In this document: positions 18,153 to 27,806 of the stretch, one piece after another
How the letters are laid out: every line of letters starts with the position of its first letter
Numbering within the stretch: the first letter of the stretch is position 1
DNA from: Cyanobacteria bacterium J06626_4
Lineage (GTDB): Bacteria; Cyanobacteriota; Cyanobacteriia; Phormidesmidales; Phormidesmidaceae
Reading direction: 5' to 3'
NCBI GenBank assembly: GCA_038523235.1
Contig: JBCBJQ010000006.1
Coordinates: 63,655-127,654 of the forward strand
DNA: 64,000 nucleotides
Program-made: the position numbers and the translations under genes
Notes under the pieces: generated by a model
Told to the model about the DNA's origin: nothing
Seen by the model: only the letters and a program-made list of their open reading frames with translations
The model's database searches: none

Positions 18153-20588
18153 TCATTGGGAATGGCCATTAGCCTGCTCTAGCGCCGCGATCGCGAGCGT
18201 GGTCTTAATCACCGCATCGGGGTTAAGACTAATCGAGTCAATGCCTTGCTCCACCAGAAAGCGGGCAAATTCGGGATAGTCGCTGGGGGCCTGCCCACAA
18301 ATGCCAATCTTGCGGCCAGTGGCTTTGGCGGTGGCAATGACTTGGGCTACTAGCCGCTGCACCGCGGTGTTCCGTTCGTCAAACAGATGGGCCACCAGGG
18401 CTGAGTCGCGATCGAGCCCCAAGGTGAGCTGAGTCAGGTCATTAGAGCCAATGGAAAAGCCATCAAACACCGTGGCAAATTCATCCGCCAGGATGACGTT
18501 GCTGGGCAGCTCACACATGACATAAACCTGCAGGCCATTCTCCCCCTGCACCAAACCATGCTGCGCCATCTCCGCCAGCACGCGCCGCCCCTCATCCGGT
18601 GTGCGACAAAAGGGCACCATCAAAATGATGTTGGTCAACCCCATGTCGTCACGCACTCGTTTCAGCGCCTGACATTCCAACGCAAATCCGGCCTTGTAGC
18701 GATCGTCATAGTAGCGCGAGGCCCCGCGCCAGCCGATCATCGGGTTTTCTTCACTAGGTTCAAAGGCTTTGCCGCCCAGTAGGTTGGCATATTCGTTGCT
18801 CTTAAAATCGGACAGGCGGACGACCACCGGTTTGGGATAAAACGCAGCGCCAATGGTGCCAATGCCCTGGGCCAGCTGATCGACAAAATACTGAGGCTTG
18901 TCGTCGTACTGCTCCGTCAGGCGAGCAATTTTGCGCTTGGCTGTGCTGTCAGTCAGCGTATCGAAGTTGAGCAGCGCCAGCGGATGCACCTTGATCTGAT
19001 TGGCGATGATAAATTCTAGTCGGGCCAACCCCACCCCCGCACTGGGCAAGGCCGACAGGCGAAAGGCGATCTCCGGGTTGCCAACGTTCATCATGATCTG
19101 GGTGCGGGGCTGGGGAATCTCATCCAGCGGGGTTTCTTCGACTCGGTAGGGCAGCTGCCCGGCGTAGACCTGTCCTTCTTCACCCGCTGCACAGGAAACC
19201 GTAATTGGCTGCTCGGTGCGAATGACGCTGGTCGCATCGCCACAGCCGACGATCGCCGGAATGCCCAACTCGCGAGCAATAATCGCGGCGTGGCAGGTGC
19301 GGCCGCCCTGATTGGTGACGATCGCCGCCGCCTGTTTCATAATCGGTTCCCAATCCGGGTCAGTTTTGGCCGTGACCAACACCTCCCCCGGCTGAAACTG
19401 GTCAATGTCGGCCACTGACAAAATGACGCAGGCTGGCCCGGCCCCAATGCGCTCGCCGACGGCCCGCCCGGTGGTCAAAATGGGCGCGGTCACAGGTGAC
19501 TCTAACTGATACGCCTGCAAAACGTTGCTAGCCTTTTGCGACTGCACCGTTTCGGGGCGGGCCTGCACGATGAATAATTCGCCGGTTTCACCATCCTTGG
19601 CCCACTCAATATCCATCGGCGAGTCCACGCCTCGGATCAGACTGTAGTGGTCTTCGATCTGACAGGTCCACCGGGCTAGCTGCAGCACTTCGGCTTCAGT
19701 GATGGCAAAGCGCTGTTGCTCCGCCCGCGACACCGGCAGGTTTTTCACCAGTTTGGTGCCGCCAGTGTCGTACACCATCCGCAGGGCTTTACTGCCCAAG
19801 CGCTTGCTGAGAATGGGGCGATGCCCGGTTTTGAGCGTGGGTTTAAACACGCGATATTCGTCGGGGTTGACAGTGCCCTGCACCACGTTTTCACCCAGGC
19901 CATAGGCGGCGGTAATCAACACAGCATTGTTGAACCCCGTCTCAGTGTCGATGGAAAACATGACGCCCGACGCGGCCAAATCAGAGCGCACCATTTTTTG
20001 CACACAGACCGATAGCGCCACCTCAAAGTGGTCAAACCCCTTGGTCTGACGATAGGAAATGGCGCGATCGGTAAACAGTGAAGCAAAGCATTTTTTGCAG
20101 GAAGCGATCACCTCCGCCTCGCTATGGACGTTGAGATAGGTTTCTTGCTGACCAGCAAAGCTGGCATCGGGTAAGTCTTCGGCGGTGGCACTCGATCGCA
20201 CAGCAACGTCGGTGTCAACACCGTAGCGATGGCCCAGATCTCGATAGGCGTCGCGAATGGCAATTTCCAACTCGGCGGGAAAGGGCGCATGCAGGATCAG
20301 CGATCGCGCGGTTTCACCCCGCTGCTGCAAATTCTGAACGTTATTGATATCCAAGTCGGCAAAGAGCGATCGCAGGGTGGTTGCCAGGTCATTACTAGCA
20401 ATAAAGTGCCGATAGGCCTGGGCCGTGGTGGCAAATCCCATCGGCACGTTGATGCCCTGAGGCGTCAACTGCTGAATCATTTCTCCCAACGAGGCATTTT
20501 TGCCACCAACAATCGGCACATCATCTAATCGAATTTGATTTAACCAAAGCACGAAATCCTGATCGGTTTGCACGAGCTGGGAAACCAT
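18153..20588 (-). CDS. ppsA: Phosphoenolpyruvate synthase
   Basis: VGGKNASLGEM, VAVRSSATAEDLPDASFAGQQET, GGRTCHAAI, FSIGSNDLTQ. Likely start ATG 20588. Confidence 0.97.
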   Translation of the reverse strand: MVSQLVQTDQDFVLWLNQIRLDDVPIVGGKNASLGEMIQQLTPQGINVPMGFATTAQAYRHFIASNDLATTLRSLFADLDINNVQNLQQRGETARSLILHAPFPAELEIAIRDAYRDLGHRYGVDTDVAVRSSATAEDLPDASFAGQQETYLNVHSEAEVIASCKKCFASLFTDRAISYRQTKGFDHFEVALSVCVQKMVRSDLAASGVMFSIDTETGFNNAVLITAAYGLGENVVQGTVNPDEYRVFKPTLKTGHRPILSKRLGSKALRMVYDTGGTKLVKNLPVSRAEQQRFAITEAEVLQLARWTCQIEDHYSLIRGVDSPMDIEWAKDGETGELFIVQARPETVQSQKASNVLQAYQLESPVTAPILTTGRAVGERIGAGPACVILSVADIDQFQPGEVLVTAKTDPDWEPIMKQAAAIVTNQGGRTCHAAIIARELGIPAIVGCGDATSVIRTEQPITVSCAAGEEGQVYAGQLPYRVEETPLDEIPQPRTQIMMNVGNPEIAFRLSALPSAGVGLARLEFIIANQIKVHPLALLNFDTLTDSTAKRKIARLTEQYDDKPQYFVDQLAQGIGTIGAAFYPKPVVVRLSDFKSNEYANLLGGKAFEPSEENPMIGWRGASRYYDDRYKAGFALECQALKRVRDDMGLTNIILMVPFCRTPDEGRRVLAEMAQHGLVQGENGLQVYVMCELPSNVILADEFATVFDGFSIGSNDLTQLTLGLDRDSALVAHLFDERNTAVQRLVAQVIATAKATGRKIGICGQAPSDYPEFARFLVEQGIDSISLNPDAVIKTTLAIAALEQANGHSQ

Positions 20589-21154
20589 AGATAAAATCCT
20601 CTTTGATGGATTGAAAACAGGGCCATTTTTTACTTTCCGGAAGCAATAAAAAGCTACACCTGTGTTTTTTTGGCTTTGCCAATAAGCAGCGTGATCAGCT
20701 ACCACCAGAGACTGGTGCTGATCAGCTCAAACCTTCGGCAGCCAACCGCTTCGAAAGGAGAAGCGATCGCGCCGATAAATTTTATTTCCCTAAACTAATA
20801 GTTTGATTTTATAAAAAAGGATAAGTCTCTTAGAGATCACCAAACAAATCTTTGCTTATCTAGAAAGGTTTTTTTAAGTCTAAAAAACTCTCTTGAAATA
20901 ATTTTTAAGTAGTTGTAAACAAGAGAGCAAGGAGCCTTGAAATAACCTCAACGGGGAGGTGAATCAGGCTCCCAGCCTGGATGTTAGCCTGGCCAGAAAG
21001 CAAGCGCTGCCAATGTCCCACTAAACAGTTGTTCGCCCCACCGCCTTCAACCGATGTGTGGCCTTCTTTTTCATCAATTGGTGGGGCGCATAGGCGTCAT
21101 GGGCGACGGCTCATCAACAGCGTCCCGATCGCCGAGGGTTGCCACGGCCAACCC

Positions 21155-22546
21155 CTACAGCATGAGTGAAGGCAGCTCTGACCGAGTCCAGGTGTCTTGA
21201 GAGTACTCAGCCACAAAGGGCCGCACCAAAAACTGAGGCCGATCGCCCGCCTGCACATCAATCCGCAGGAACGAGTAGGGCAGGCGCTTCTCAGCCCCTG
21301 CTCCCTGACGACCGACAAACAGCTGCGATTTTGCCACCACGCGGGTATCGACGCCGTCGGCTTCTTCTACCGTGGTGGTGTCGGGATGTTGCGATCGCAG
21401 CCGCGCGCCGCTGCCGCCACACACCAGCCAGTTCAACTCGCGATCGCCATGGCCCGTATCGACGGTGCGCAAATATTCAAAGCAGTGAGCATGGCCGCTC
21501 AACACCAGATCAATGAGCGGCGTCGGCGCATCACTGCCAACTCGTTGCACCACGGCATCCAACACCCAGCGCAAATGCCGTCGCGCCGACAAGCAGGCGG
21601 TTTCGTGAAGCTTCGTCACTTCGGTGATATAGGGCGGGTGGTGCAGATAGACGATACGGCCCCGCACCTGAGGATTTTGCAGCGAGGCCACAAGGCGATC
21701 GCGCAGCCAACACAGCTGGGCCCAGTCAATATTTGCAGGTAGATCCGACCCCAGTTCACGGGCGGCCAATACCGGGGCACCGTCGATCTCCACCGGACGA
21801 TTAAACGTGCTGGAATCGAGCCCAAAGAAATCAATATCGCCATAGCGAAACTGATAATAGCGATTGGGTAGCCGGGTAAAGCGGCCCGGCTGGTAGGTCA
21901 GCGCCTGGCCCGTTTCAGTAGCGGTGGTGTAATGCTGCTGCAGGTGCGCCGTCAGCTGTTCGGGCGATAGCTCTCGCAGATAATCTAAAAACACGCGGGC
22001 ATAGGTGTCACCAGTGGCCGAACCGCGCAGCGTCACATTTTTAGTCACTGGCACGTTGAGATATTGACTAAGAGGCCGCAGCGCCGCCACTAAAAAGCCG
22101 TAGAACGTCGGCAGATTGTAGTAGTCGTGATTGCCGGGCACCGCCAAAAAGGGCTGGTTGAACGTCAGCCGACAATAGCTGGGCAGTTGATCGCGATCGC
22201 CCGTTACCAGCCACTGCCGATAGGGCTCGATGAAGTTGGCAGCGTACAGATCAGGCGACCCCATTTGATACACCACGTCGCCGGTATGCAGCAAAAAGCG
22301 ACAGTCGGCTTGCTGAGTCGCCAGATAGTCGGCCACAACCTGTTGAGGATGGCCAAAGGGCTGAGACCCAAAGCCACTGTCGCCAATCACTAAAAAAGAA
22401 AAGGCTGACGTTGTCGCCAGCCCATCTGCTATCTGTAGTCGAGTTTGATCAATCGCTCGCTCGCGCATCATTTGGGCATGCCAACGCACTCGCGATCGCA
22501 TTTTTTGAATCTTTTGTGAAATCGGCGGATCGAGTAAGAATCCCAT
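21155..22546 (-). CDS. Calcineurin-like metallophosphoesterase
   Basis: GDSG, HTGDVVY, VPGNHDY, HHPPY, SGHAH. Start 22546 or 22561. Confidence 0.9.
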   Translation of the reverse strand: MGFLLDPPISQKIQKMRSRVRWHAQMMRERAIDQTRLQIADGLATTSAFSFLVIGDSGFGSQPFGHPQQVVADYLATQQADCRFLLHTGDVVYQMGSPDLYAANFIEPYRQWLVTGDRDQLPSYCRLTFNQPFLAVPGNHDYYNLPTFYGFLVAALRPLSQYLNVPVTKNVTLRGSATGDTYARVFLDYLRELSPEQLTAHLQQHYTTATETGQALTYQPGRFTRLPNRYYQFRYGDIDFFGLDSSTFNRPVEIDGAPVLAARELGSDLPANIDWAQLCWLRDRLVASLQNPQVRGRIVYLHHPPYITEVTKLHETACLSARRHLRWVLDAVVQRVGSDAPTPLIDLVLSGHAHCFEYLRTVDTGHGDRELNWLVCGGSGARLRSQHPDTTTVEEADGVDTRVVAKSQLFVGRQGAGAEKRLPYSFLRIDVQAGDRPQFLVRPFVAEYSQDTWTRSELPSLML

Positions 22547-22657
22547 AGCGAGGTGGCGCACATTTCCTCTGCACTGTAGCCATTGTGCCTAATAATTGCC
22601 AAGACCATGGCCGCTAAAATTCCTCGAAAAATTGCGGCCAGCACGGTCGCCCGGTGT

Positions 22658-22707
22658 CAGCCCCCAAGGTCAGGGCTATCAATGCGCAGAGCTGACCTTG
22701 GGGGCTG
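22658..22707. repeat. Perfect 16-bp inverted repeat with 18-nt spacer
   Basis: CAGCCCCCAAGGTCAG (22658-22673) and CTGACCTTGGGGGCTG (22692-22707). Confidence 0.85.
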
Positions 22708-22851
22708 TCAGTTCTCAATTTGTGGGTTGTTGACTTTCAGAACAATGGCAATCCGGATTGATTCCTGTCGGGCAAACGGGCAAGATGCCCGTCCAAACAA
22801 GACACTTGCTCTTCAATTTTGAGGACGCATAAATTTAAACTTGGCGCTGCA

Positions 22852-23052
22852 CTAGCCATCAGGAAACTGCCAGCAGGAAAGCGTTTCAACATTCTTACTG
22901 CCGCAGGTGCATTGCACCTCGTGGGCCGACGCCACCCATTCGCGATCGCAGACACGACAATGGCAAAACACGTTGTTGTCGTCGGCCTGCTGCAGGCCAA
23001 ACCGCCACTGTCGAAGTTCATCCGGTGTGAAATGGGAAGCGGAATCAGTCAT
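22852..23052 (-). CDS. Small Cys-rich (zinc-ribbon-like) hypothetical protein, 66 aa
   Basis: MTDSAS..FCHCRVCDREWVAS..CTCGSKNVETLSCWQFPDG. Confidence 0.75.
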   Translation of the reverse strand: MTDSASHFTPDELRQWRFGLQQADDNNVFCHCRVCDREWVASAHEVQCTCGSKNVETLSCWQFPDG

Positions 23053-23493
23053 GGGCGGGTACCCCTTTGCTGCCGACCGGCAGGGAAATAGGGTTCGAGC
23101 GTTGAGCAGAGCACGCCATCGAAACTCAAAATCCAACCTCAAAACCACTCAAGGTGCTGTGAGCATCATGATATCCCTGCCGTCTCCTCAGCGCGAGAAG
23201 AGCTTAGCGATTTGTCAGGATTGGGCACGTATAGAAGAGGGTAGAAAGGTGCAGGGTTCAAGGTGCAGGGAAGAGCCTTGCTGCAAGCGATCTAGCGATT
23301 CAAAGTGGCTAAACCTGACTGCGGCCCGCCATATCGGGTTTCCGTTGTCCTGTGATGGCTTGGCAATCAGCCACTCGGGCGATCGCGATTGATGACAATG
23401 AAGAATTCCTGAGGACAGTTCAAATTGACGAAATTTCTCCCTATCAATGCTTGCCTGGCCACAGGGCTCTACCTCTCCCGCAGAGGATTCTGC

Positions 23494-23556
23494 ACTCCGG
23501 CTTCCGAACTCCGACTTCCAACTTCCGAACTCCGACTTCCGAACTCCGACTTCTAC
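23494..23556. repeat. Heptamer tandem repeat (STRR-like), about 9 units
   Basis: ACTCCGG CTTCCGA ACTCCGA CTTCCAA CTTCCGA ACTCCGA CTTCCGA ACTCCGA CTTCTAC. Confidence 0.9.
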
Positions 23557-23589
23557 TGGAGATAGCAACGAACAGTCGTCTTTCACTGG

Positions 23590-24483
23590 CTAGGACGCAG
23601 TCGTGCTGATCAAAAGCCAGATGCCTCCGATCGCCACTAACACCCCTAAAACAGCTCTGCCGGTGACGCGATCGCCCAGCGCTACCGCCAGGGGCAACAC
23701 AAACAACGGACTGGTAGCCAAGAGCGCTTGAGCAATGCCTGCCAGGGTGTATTTAAGCGAAATTTGCTGCAGCCAAATTGCGAGATAGGTGCCCAAAAAG
23801 GCCGCGATCACCAGGTAGGGCAATAGCTGTCGTGACTTAAGCGGCTGCAGCTGCGCCATGACCTGGCCGCGCCAGCCAATCAAGCCCACTAAAACGAAGC
23901 CCCCGGCGGCAATGCGCAGCAGCCCACTCCAGAGCGGATCAACCAGACTGTCGGCCAGGGCACCACGCGACATCACCGCGCCACTGGCCTGACCGATGGC
24001 CGCCAAGACGCCCCAGATAATGCCCGCCCGCGTCGAACCGTAAGTCGGGTCACCGCCCGGCACCCGTTCCGCAATCACCCAGGCGACCCCGAACACCGTG
24101 AGAAAAATCCCCCCCCAGGCGATCACGCTCAGCTGTTCGTTTAAAAACAGCAGCGCTATCAGCGCCGTCAAAGGGGGCGCGAGGGATTCCATCAGTAAGG
24201 CGCGCCGAGCACCTAAACAGTTGATGGCGTTGAAATAGGCCGTATCACCCAACCCAATCCCCACTGCCCCACTGAGCAATAGCCAAAAGACTGCGGTCGG
24301 TGGCAACTCTGCCTCTAGAGTTGGGCGAAGCAGTAGCGTCAAGAGGATGAGGGCGATCGCGATGCTGCCCTTGGCCAGATTTAACACTGGCGGACTGATC
24401 GATTTACCCAAACGCCCAAAAATAACCGTTGACAGTGCCCATAAAAAAGCCGCCGTCAGGGCGGCGATCTCGCCTCCTAGCAT
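23590..24483 (-). CDS. DMT/EamA family transporter
   Basis: About 10 hydrophobic segments; GEIAALTAAFLWA, SGAVGIGLGDTAYF. Confidence 0.92.
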   Translation of the reverse strand: MLGGEIAALTAAFLWALSTVIFGRLGKSISPPVLNLAKGSIAIALILLTLLLRPTLEAELPPTAVFWLLLSGAVGIGLGDTAYFNAINCLGARRALLMESLAPPLTALIALLFLNEQLSVIAWGGIFLTVFGVAWVIAERVPGGDPTYGSTRAGIIWGVLAAIGQASGAVMSRGALADSLVDPLWSGLLRIAAGGFVLVGLIGWRGQVMAQLQPLKSRQLLPYLVIAAFLGTYLAIWLQQISLKYTLAGIAQALLATSPLFVLPLAVALGDRVTGRAVLGVLVAIGGIWLLISTTAS

Positions 24484-24534
24484 CGCCGCCCGCCGCCCGC
24501 TCTAAGGTGTTGAATCGGCTTTTGCTGAGTGGCT

Positions 24535-24927
24535 CTAGCGTCGCCCGTAGTAGGAAACTTCAATATCTGCGTACCAGCCTGGCCCCATATTTTCGTAAAG
24601 AAAGACTCGCTCAACCTGATAGTAAACCCCATCGTGAAACAAGCAATCGCCCACTCGTGGGATGATGGGGTAAGTCGCAAACCACAGAGCATCCTTGACC
24701 GGCGCTTTCGGGTTGGTGCTGCGAGCTGCAAGATAAAAGATTTGCACCTTATAAATGCCCGCAACCGCTGAAGAGGAGGCTGGCGGTAGAGCCGGTAGTG
24801 ACGAAGACGATTTTTTGCTTCGCTTCGCTCGGGGCTTGCGCTTCGGCTTTTCTGCGAGTTCCGATGAATCTTTTTCGAAGTCGTCTTCCACGGTGTTCAG
24901 GGGGATAAGTGCGATCGCCTGTGGCAA
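24535..24927 (-). CDS. Conserved hypothetical protein
   Basis: Basic/Ser linker followed by globular YKVQIFY..WFATYPIIPRVGDCLFHDGVYYQVERVFLYE. Confidence 0.7.
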   Translation of the reverse strand: MPQAIALIPLNTVEDDFEKDSSELAEKPKRKPRAKRSKKSSSSLPALPPASSSAVAGIYKVQIFYLAARSTNPKAPVKDALWFATYPIIPRVGDCLFHDGVYYQVERVFLYENMGPGWYADIEVSYYGRR

Positions 24928-25390
24928 TCATAAAAAATCTTTTGAGGTTCGCAACGAATAACACTCAACTTCCCAGATAAACGCTACATTTTGTGTACAT
25001 ATGCGAACCGATGTCGCCATGTAGTGTTTCAGTGCTAATGTCTAGGCAAATGTCCCTGTGCGATGAAAACGACGGCTTTATTCACTAGAGGCATTTAACT
25101 CAGCTACTCATTTTGATTTATGAGGCGTTGTCGCATCGGGCGCTCGGGGCCAAGTCGCGACAGGTTTCTAAATCCTTTTTTGTGATCGCGTCGAATTGGT
25201 TTAGCAGCACAAGACTTGTGCTCATTTGACCCTGCCTGCCGAGGCAGAGTCAGGGGTTCGGCCTTATCTCACTTTTTTGACCGGGTCTACAGGCCCCTAA
25301 TCGATAGGAGTAGTCTATGTCGCCAATGGGGTGGCTATAGGCTCCTCTTTGGTTTTGCTACGTTGATCACCTTTACCCCCTTGAAACCTC

Positions 25391-25615
25391 ATGACTTATC
25401 AAAATAAACTGCGCCCTTGGTGCATTGTGCAGCAGCTACCTGAGATGAAGCGCGTCATTATCGACCGTTTTCGTCATTATCAAGATGCTGATGCGCGCGC
25501 TAAGTTCTTGGGTGATAAAACCCCGAGCGCTAGCTTTGTTGTATTGTTTGCGCCTGATGCTCCGGTCGTGGCCGCCACCCCAGCCGTGCCCGATGCAGTC
25601 GCCCCGGCTCATTAA
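25391..25615 (+). CDS. Small conserved cyanobacterial hypothetical protein
   Basis: MTYQNKLRPWCIVQQLPEMKRVIIDRFRHYQDADA..FVVLF matches a recurrent cyanobacterial small-protein pattern (PWC..LP..RFR...DA). Confidence 0.75.
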   Translation: MTYQNKLRPWCIVQQLPEMKRVIIDRFRHYQDADARAKFLGDKTPSASFVVLFAPDAPVVAATPAVPDAVAPAH

Positions 25616-25822
25616 TGAATGGCGATGTTAGCCCCCTGCCAGAGTGCTAGCAGGGGGCAGAGGATCACGGGAAACATCGCAGCAGCAGTCAACAGTCCGG
25701 TTAGAGCAAGCTTGTTGAGCCCCTGATTCGGCCTAGCGATGCCAATTCCTGCCCTTCGGAGGCGGTTAGGGCTGCCCTTCCCGAAAGAAATTCTGCTATC
25801 AGCACATTTGGCCGCAGCGACC

Positions 25823-25999
25823 TTACCGAATGCGCTGCAAGCTAGTGATGACACCCGCGCCGATGGTGCACAGCAGCAGCACCCAAATCACGATTCCTGG
25901 CAGGAAGGAAAACAGGGTAAAGCCGCGCAAAATCCAAATCAGTAAGGTCAACGCCAGTAGACCTAAAAATATTTGAGTCGGAATGGAGAGCTGTCTCAT
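25823..25999 (-). CDS. Small two-TM membrane protein, 58 aa
   Basis: MRQLSIPTQIFLGLLALTLLIWILRGFTLFSFLPGIVIWVLLLCTIGAGVI; ATG at 25999. Confidence 0.75.
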   Translation of the reverse strand: MRQLSIPTQIFLGLLALTLLIWILRGFTLFSFLPGIVIWVLLLCTIGAGVITSLQRIR

Positions 26000-26013
26000 C
26001 AGAAGCTGAGTCC

Positions 26014-26208
26014 TTATCGAGCGGAGCGAATGCCGCCTAAGATGCCGACGCCGAGGGATAGCAGCAAGAGCGCCCACACCACATACTCAGGAATTTGCTT
26101 AACCCAGCCGAGGCCGCGCAAGATTAAGAGCGCTGCCCCCAAAACCAACATCACACCAACGATGTTGAGCACAATCATGATTGCGAGGGTGTTCGAGTTT
26201 CCGCGCAT
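26014..26208 (-). CDS. Small two-TM membrane protein, 64 aa, probable paralog of the downstream gene
   Basis: LLILRGLGWVKQIPEYVVWALLLLSLGVGIL. Confidence 0.7.
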   Translation of the reverse strand: MRGNSNTLAIMIVLNIVGVMLVLGAALLILRGLGWVKQIPEYVVWALLLLSLGVGILGGIRSAR

Positions 26209-26324
26209 AGCACTGCCAACTCACCAAGAAGCGCTCTCATTGTGCCATGTTGCGTCGTTGTCACTGTGCTGAGTTTGGCCAACCCGACAGTTTCTCAACC
26301 TGCACCCTGACAGGTGGCATGAGG

Positions 26325-26777
26325 TCACGCCTGCGGTTTTAACCACAGGGCATAGTGATGAAATTCCGTATTCTGCTGATAGCCCAATGATTCATACAGG
26401 GTCTGAGCGGCGGTGTTCTCAGCCTGAGTAGCGAGCACCAGTCTAATAGCACCGGTCGACTGGGCAAAGGTAGCCGCTGCCTGCAGCAGTTGTCGAGCCC
26501 AGCCCTGGCGACGATCGCTCGCCGCGACATACAAATCATTCAAAATCCAAATGCGCTGCAGACTAACGGACGAAAAGCTGGGATAAAGCTGCGTAAACCC
26601 CACGACCTGTGCCGCCGCGATCGCGGCGAAAATCACCGAATCCTGCTGCTGCAGGCGTGCGCTCAGAAAGTCAGTGGCGGCAGCGCGATCGGTCGGCTGA
26701 CCATAGAACATCCGATAGTCATCAAACAATCGAGCCACGGCGTCTAAGTGTTCTAACTGGGCGCGAATGATGGCCAT
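26325..26777 (-). CDS. GNAT family N-acetyltransferase
   Basis: GFTQLYPSFSSVS, WILNDLYV, RRQGWARQLL, NTAAQTLYESLGY. Confidence 0.93.
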   Translation of the reverse strand: MAIIRAQLEHLDAVARLFDDYRMFYGQPTDRAAATDFLSARLQQQDSVIFAAIAAAQVVGFTQLYPSFSSVSLQRIWILNDLYVAASDRRQGWARQLLQAAATFAQSTGAIRLVLATQAENTAAQTLYESLGYQQNTEFHHYALWLKPQA

Positions 26778-26841
26778 AACGAGGGAGCTGTAAAAGGAAA
26801 TCTGTAAAGGGAAAAGGGAGAAGTCTCATCATACGCATCAG

Positions 26842-27567
26842 CTAATATGCATCGGCTGCAGACTGACCCGATTGGGATAAAAAATATTTTTCTAAGGCTT
26901 GACCATGCTGCGCCGACTGCCGTAGCCACTGCAATCGCAGGTCGAGCCGATCGCGATCGCTGAGCTGCCAATTATCCCCCTGTTCTCGCAGGCGTTGTGT
27001 CAGCGTGTATAGGCAGAGCGCCGCGCTGACCGAGACATTGAGACTCTCGACAAACCCCACCATGGGAATTTTGAGCTGTCGGCCCGCCATCTGCAACGCC
27101 TGATCCGACAGACCATAGCATTCACTGCCAAAGCAAATCGCCAGTTTTTGATCCAGGGGCAGTGTTTCCGGGGTGTACGCGTCATCGTGAGGGGTCGTGG
27201 CCACCAGCAGATAGCCCTGCGATCGCAACTGGTGCAAACAGTGCGCCGTATTGTTCTCATGGGGTTCACGATGCTGGTGTAAGGTAATCCACTTTTTGGC
27301 TCCAGAAGCGGCTCCTCGGCGCGTCTTAAAGGTGTTGAAATTTTCGACCACATGCACATCTTGCAGACCCAAGCTCTCGCAAGTCCGCAGTAGCGCGCTG
27401 GCATTGTGGGGGTCATGAAAGTCTTCAGCCACGACCGTAATTTGGCGGGTGCGATGAGCCAGCACGGCATCCATCTTGGCTCGCCGCTCAGGAGTTACAA
27501 ATCTTTCCAAATAAGCCATGACGGCTTCTGGTGAGTCTGGGTGCATCGGTTTACCCACAAGCGGCAA
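26842..27567 (-). CDS. trmH: TrmH/SpoU family RNA methyltransferase (tRNA Gm18-type)
   Basis: HDPHNASALLRTCE, FGSECYGLS, IPMVGFVESLNVSVS. Start uncertain. Confidence 0.85.
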   Translation of the reverse strand: MPLVGKPMHPDSPEAVMAYLERFVTPERRAKMDAVLAHRTRQITVVAEDFHDPHNASALLRTCESLGLQDVHVVENFNTFKTRRGAASGAKKWITLHQHREPHENNTAHCLHQLRSQGYLLVATTPHDDAYTPETLPLDQKLAICFGSECYGLSDQALQMAGRQLKIPMVGFVESLNVSVSAALCLYTLTQRLREQGDNWQLSDRDRLDLRLQWLRQSAQHGQALEKYFLSQSGQSAADAY

Positions 27568-27806
27568 CAGGCTTTCGTCGCTGAGATAGCAGATTAAGCC
27601 TCACTATCAGGGCAGTTGGGCTGACCGGTCAGGGGCGCTTGAAGCTGATTCCAGCACCGCTTCAGAGGCTGCCGACAGGCGGCGCTTGTGACCAGAGGAT
27701 AATCGGCTGCGAAGTATACCCGGAGCCCAATGGCGACGTTTGAGTCGTTAGGTTATCCTATTAGCACTCTACTTATATAGCTACTGAGTTTTTGGAGGCA
27801 ATCGCT

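Noticed and set aside
23494..23556. Possible CRISPR array
   Set aside because: These are 7-bp units with no unique spacers, and there are no cas genes in the window. The same applies to the two-copy duplications at 55673 and 56057.
23215..23609. ORFs of 123 aa (minus) and 85 aa (plus) with KSEFGS / FRTPTS repeats
   Set aside because: The periodic peptides are just translations of the heptamer DNA repeat.
25612..25854. 80-aa minus-strand ORF with hydrophobic C-terminus
   Set aside because: It overlaps the upstream gene end, has no convincing start/SD for the hydrophobic part and no recognisable family. It cannot be supported without homology data.
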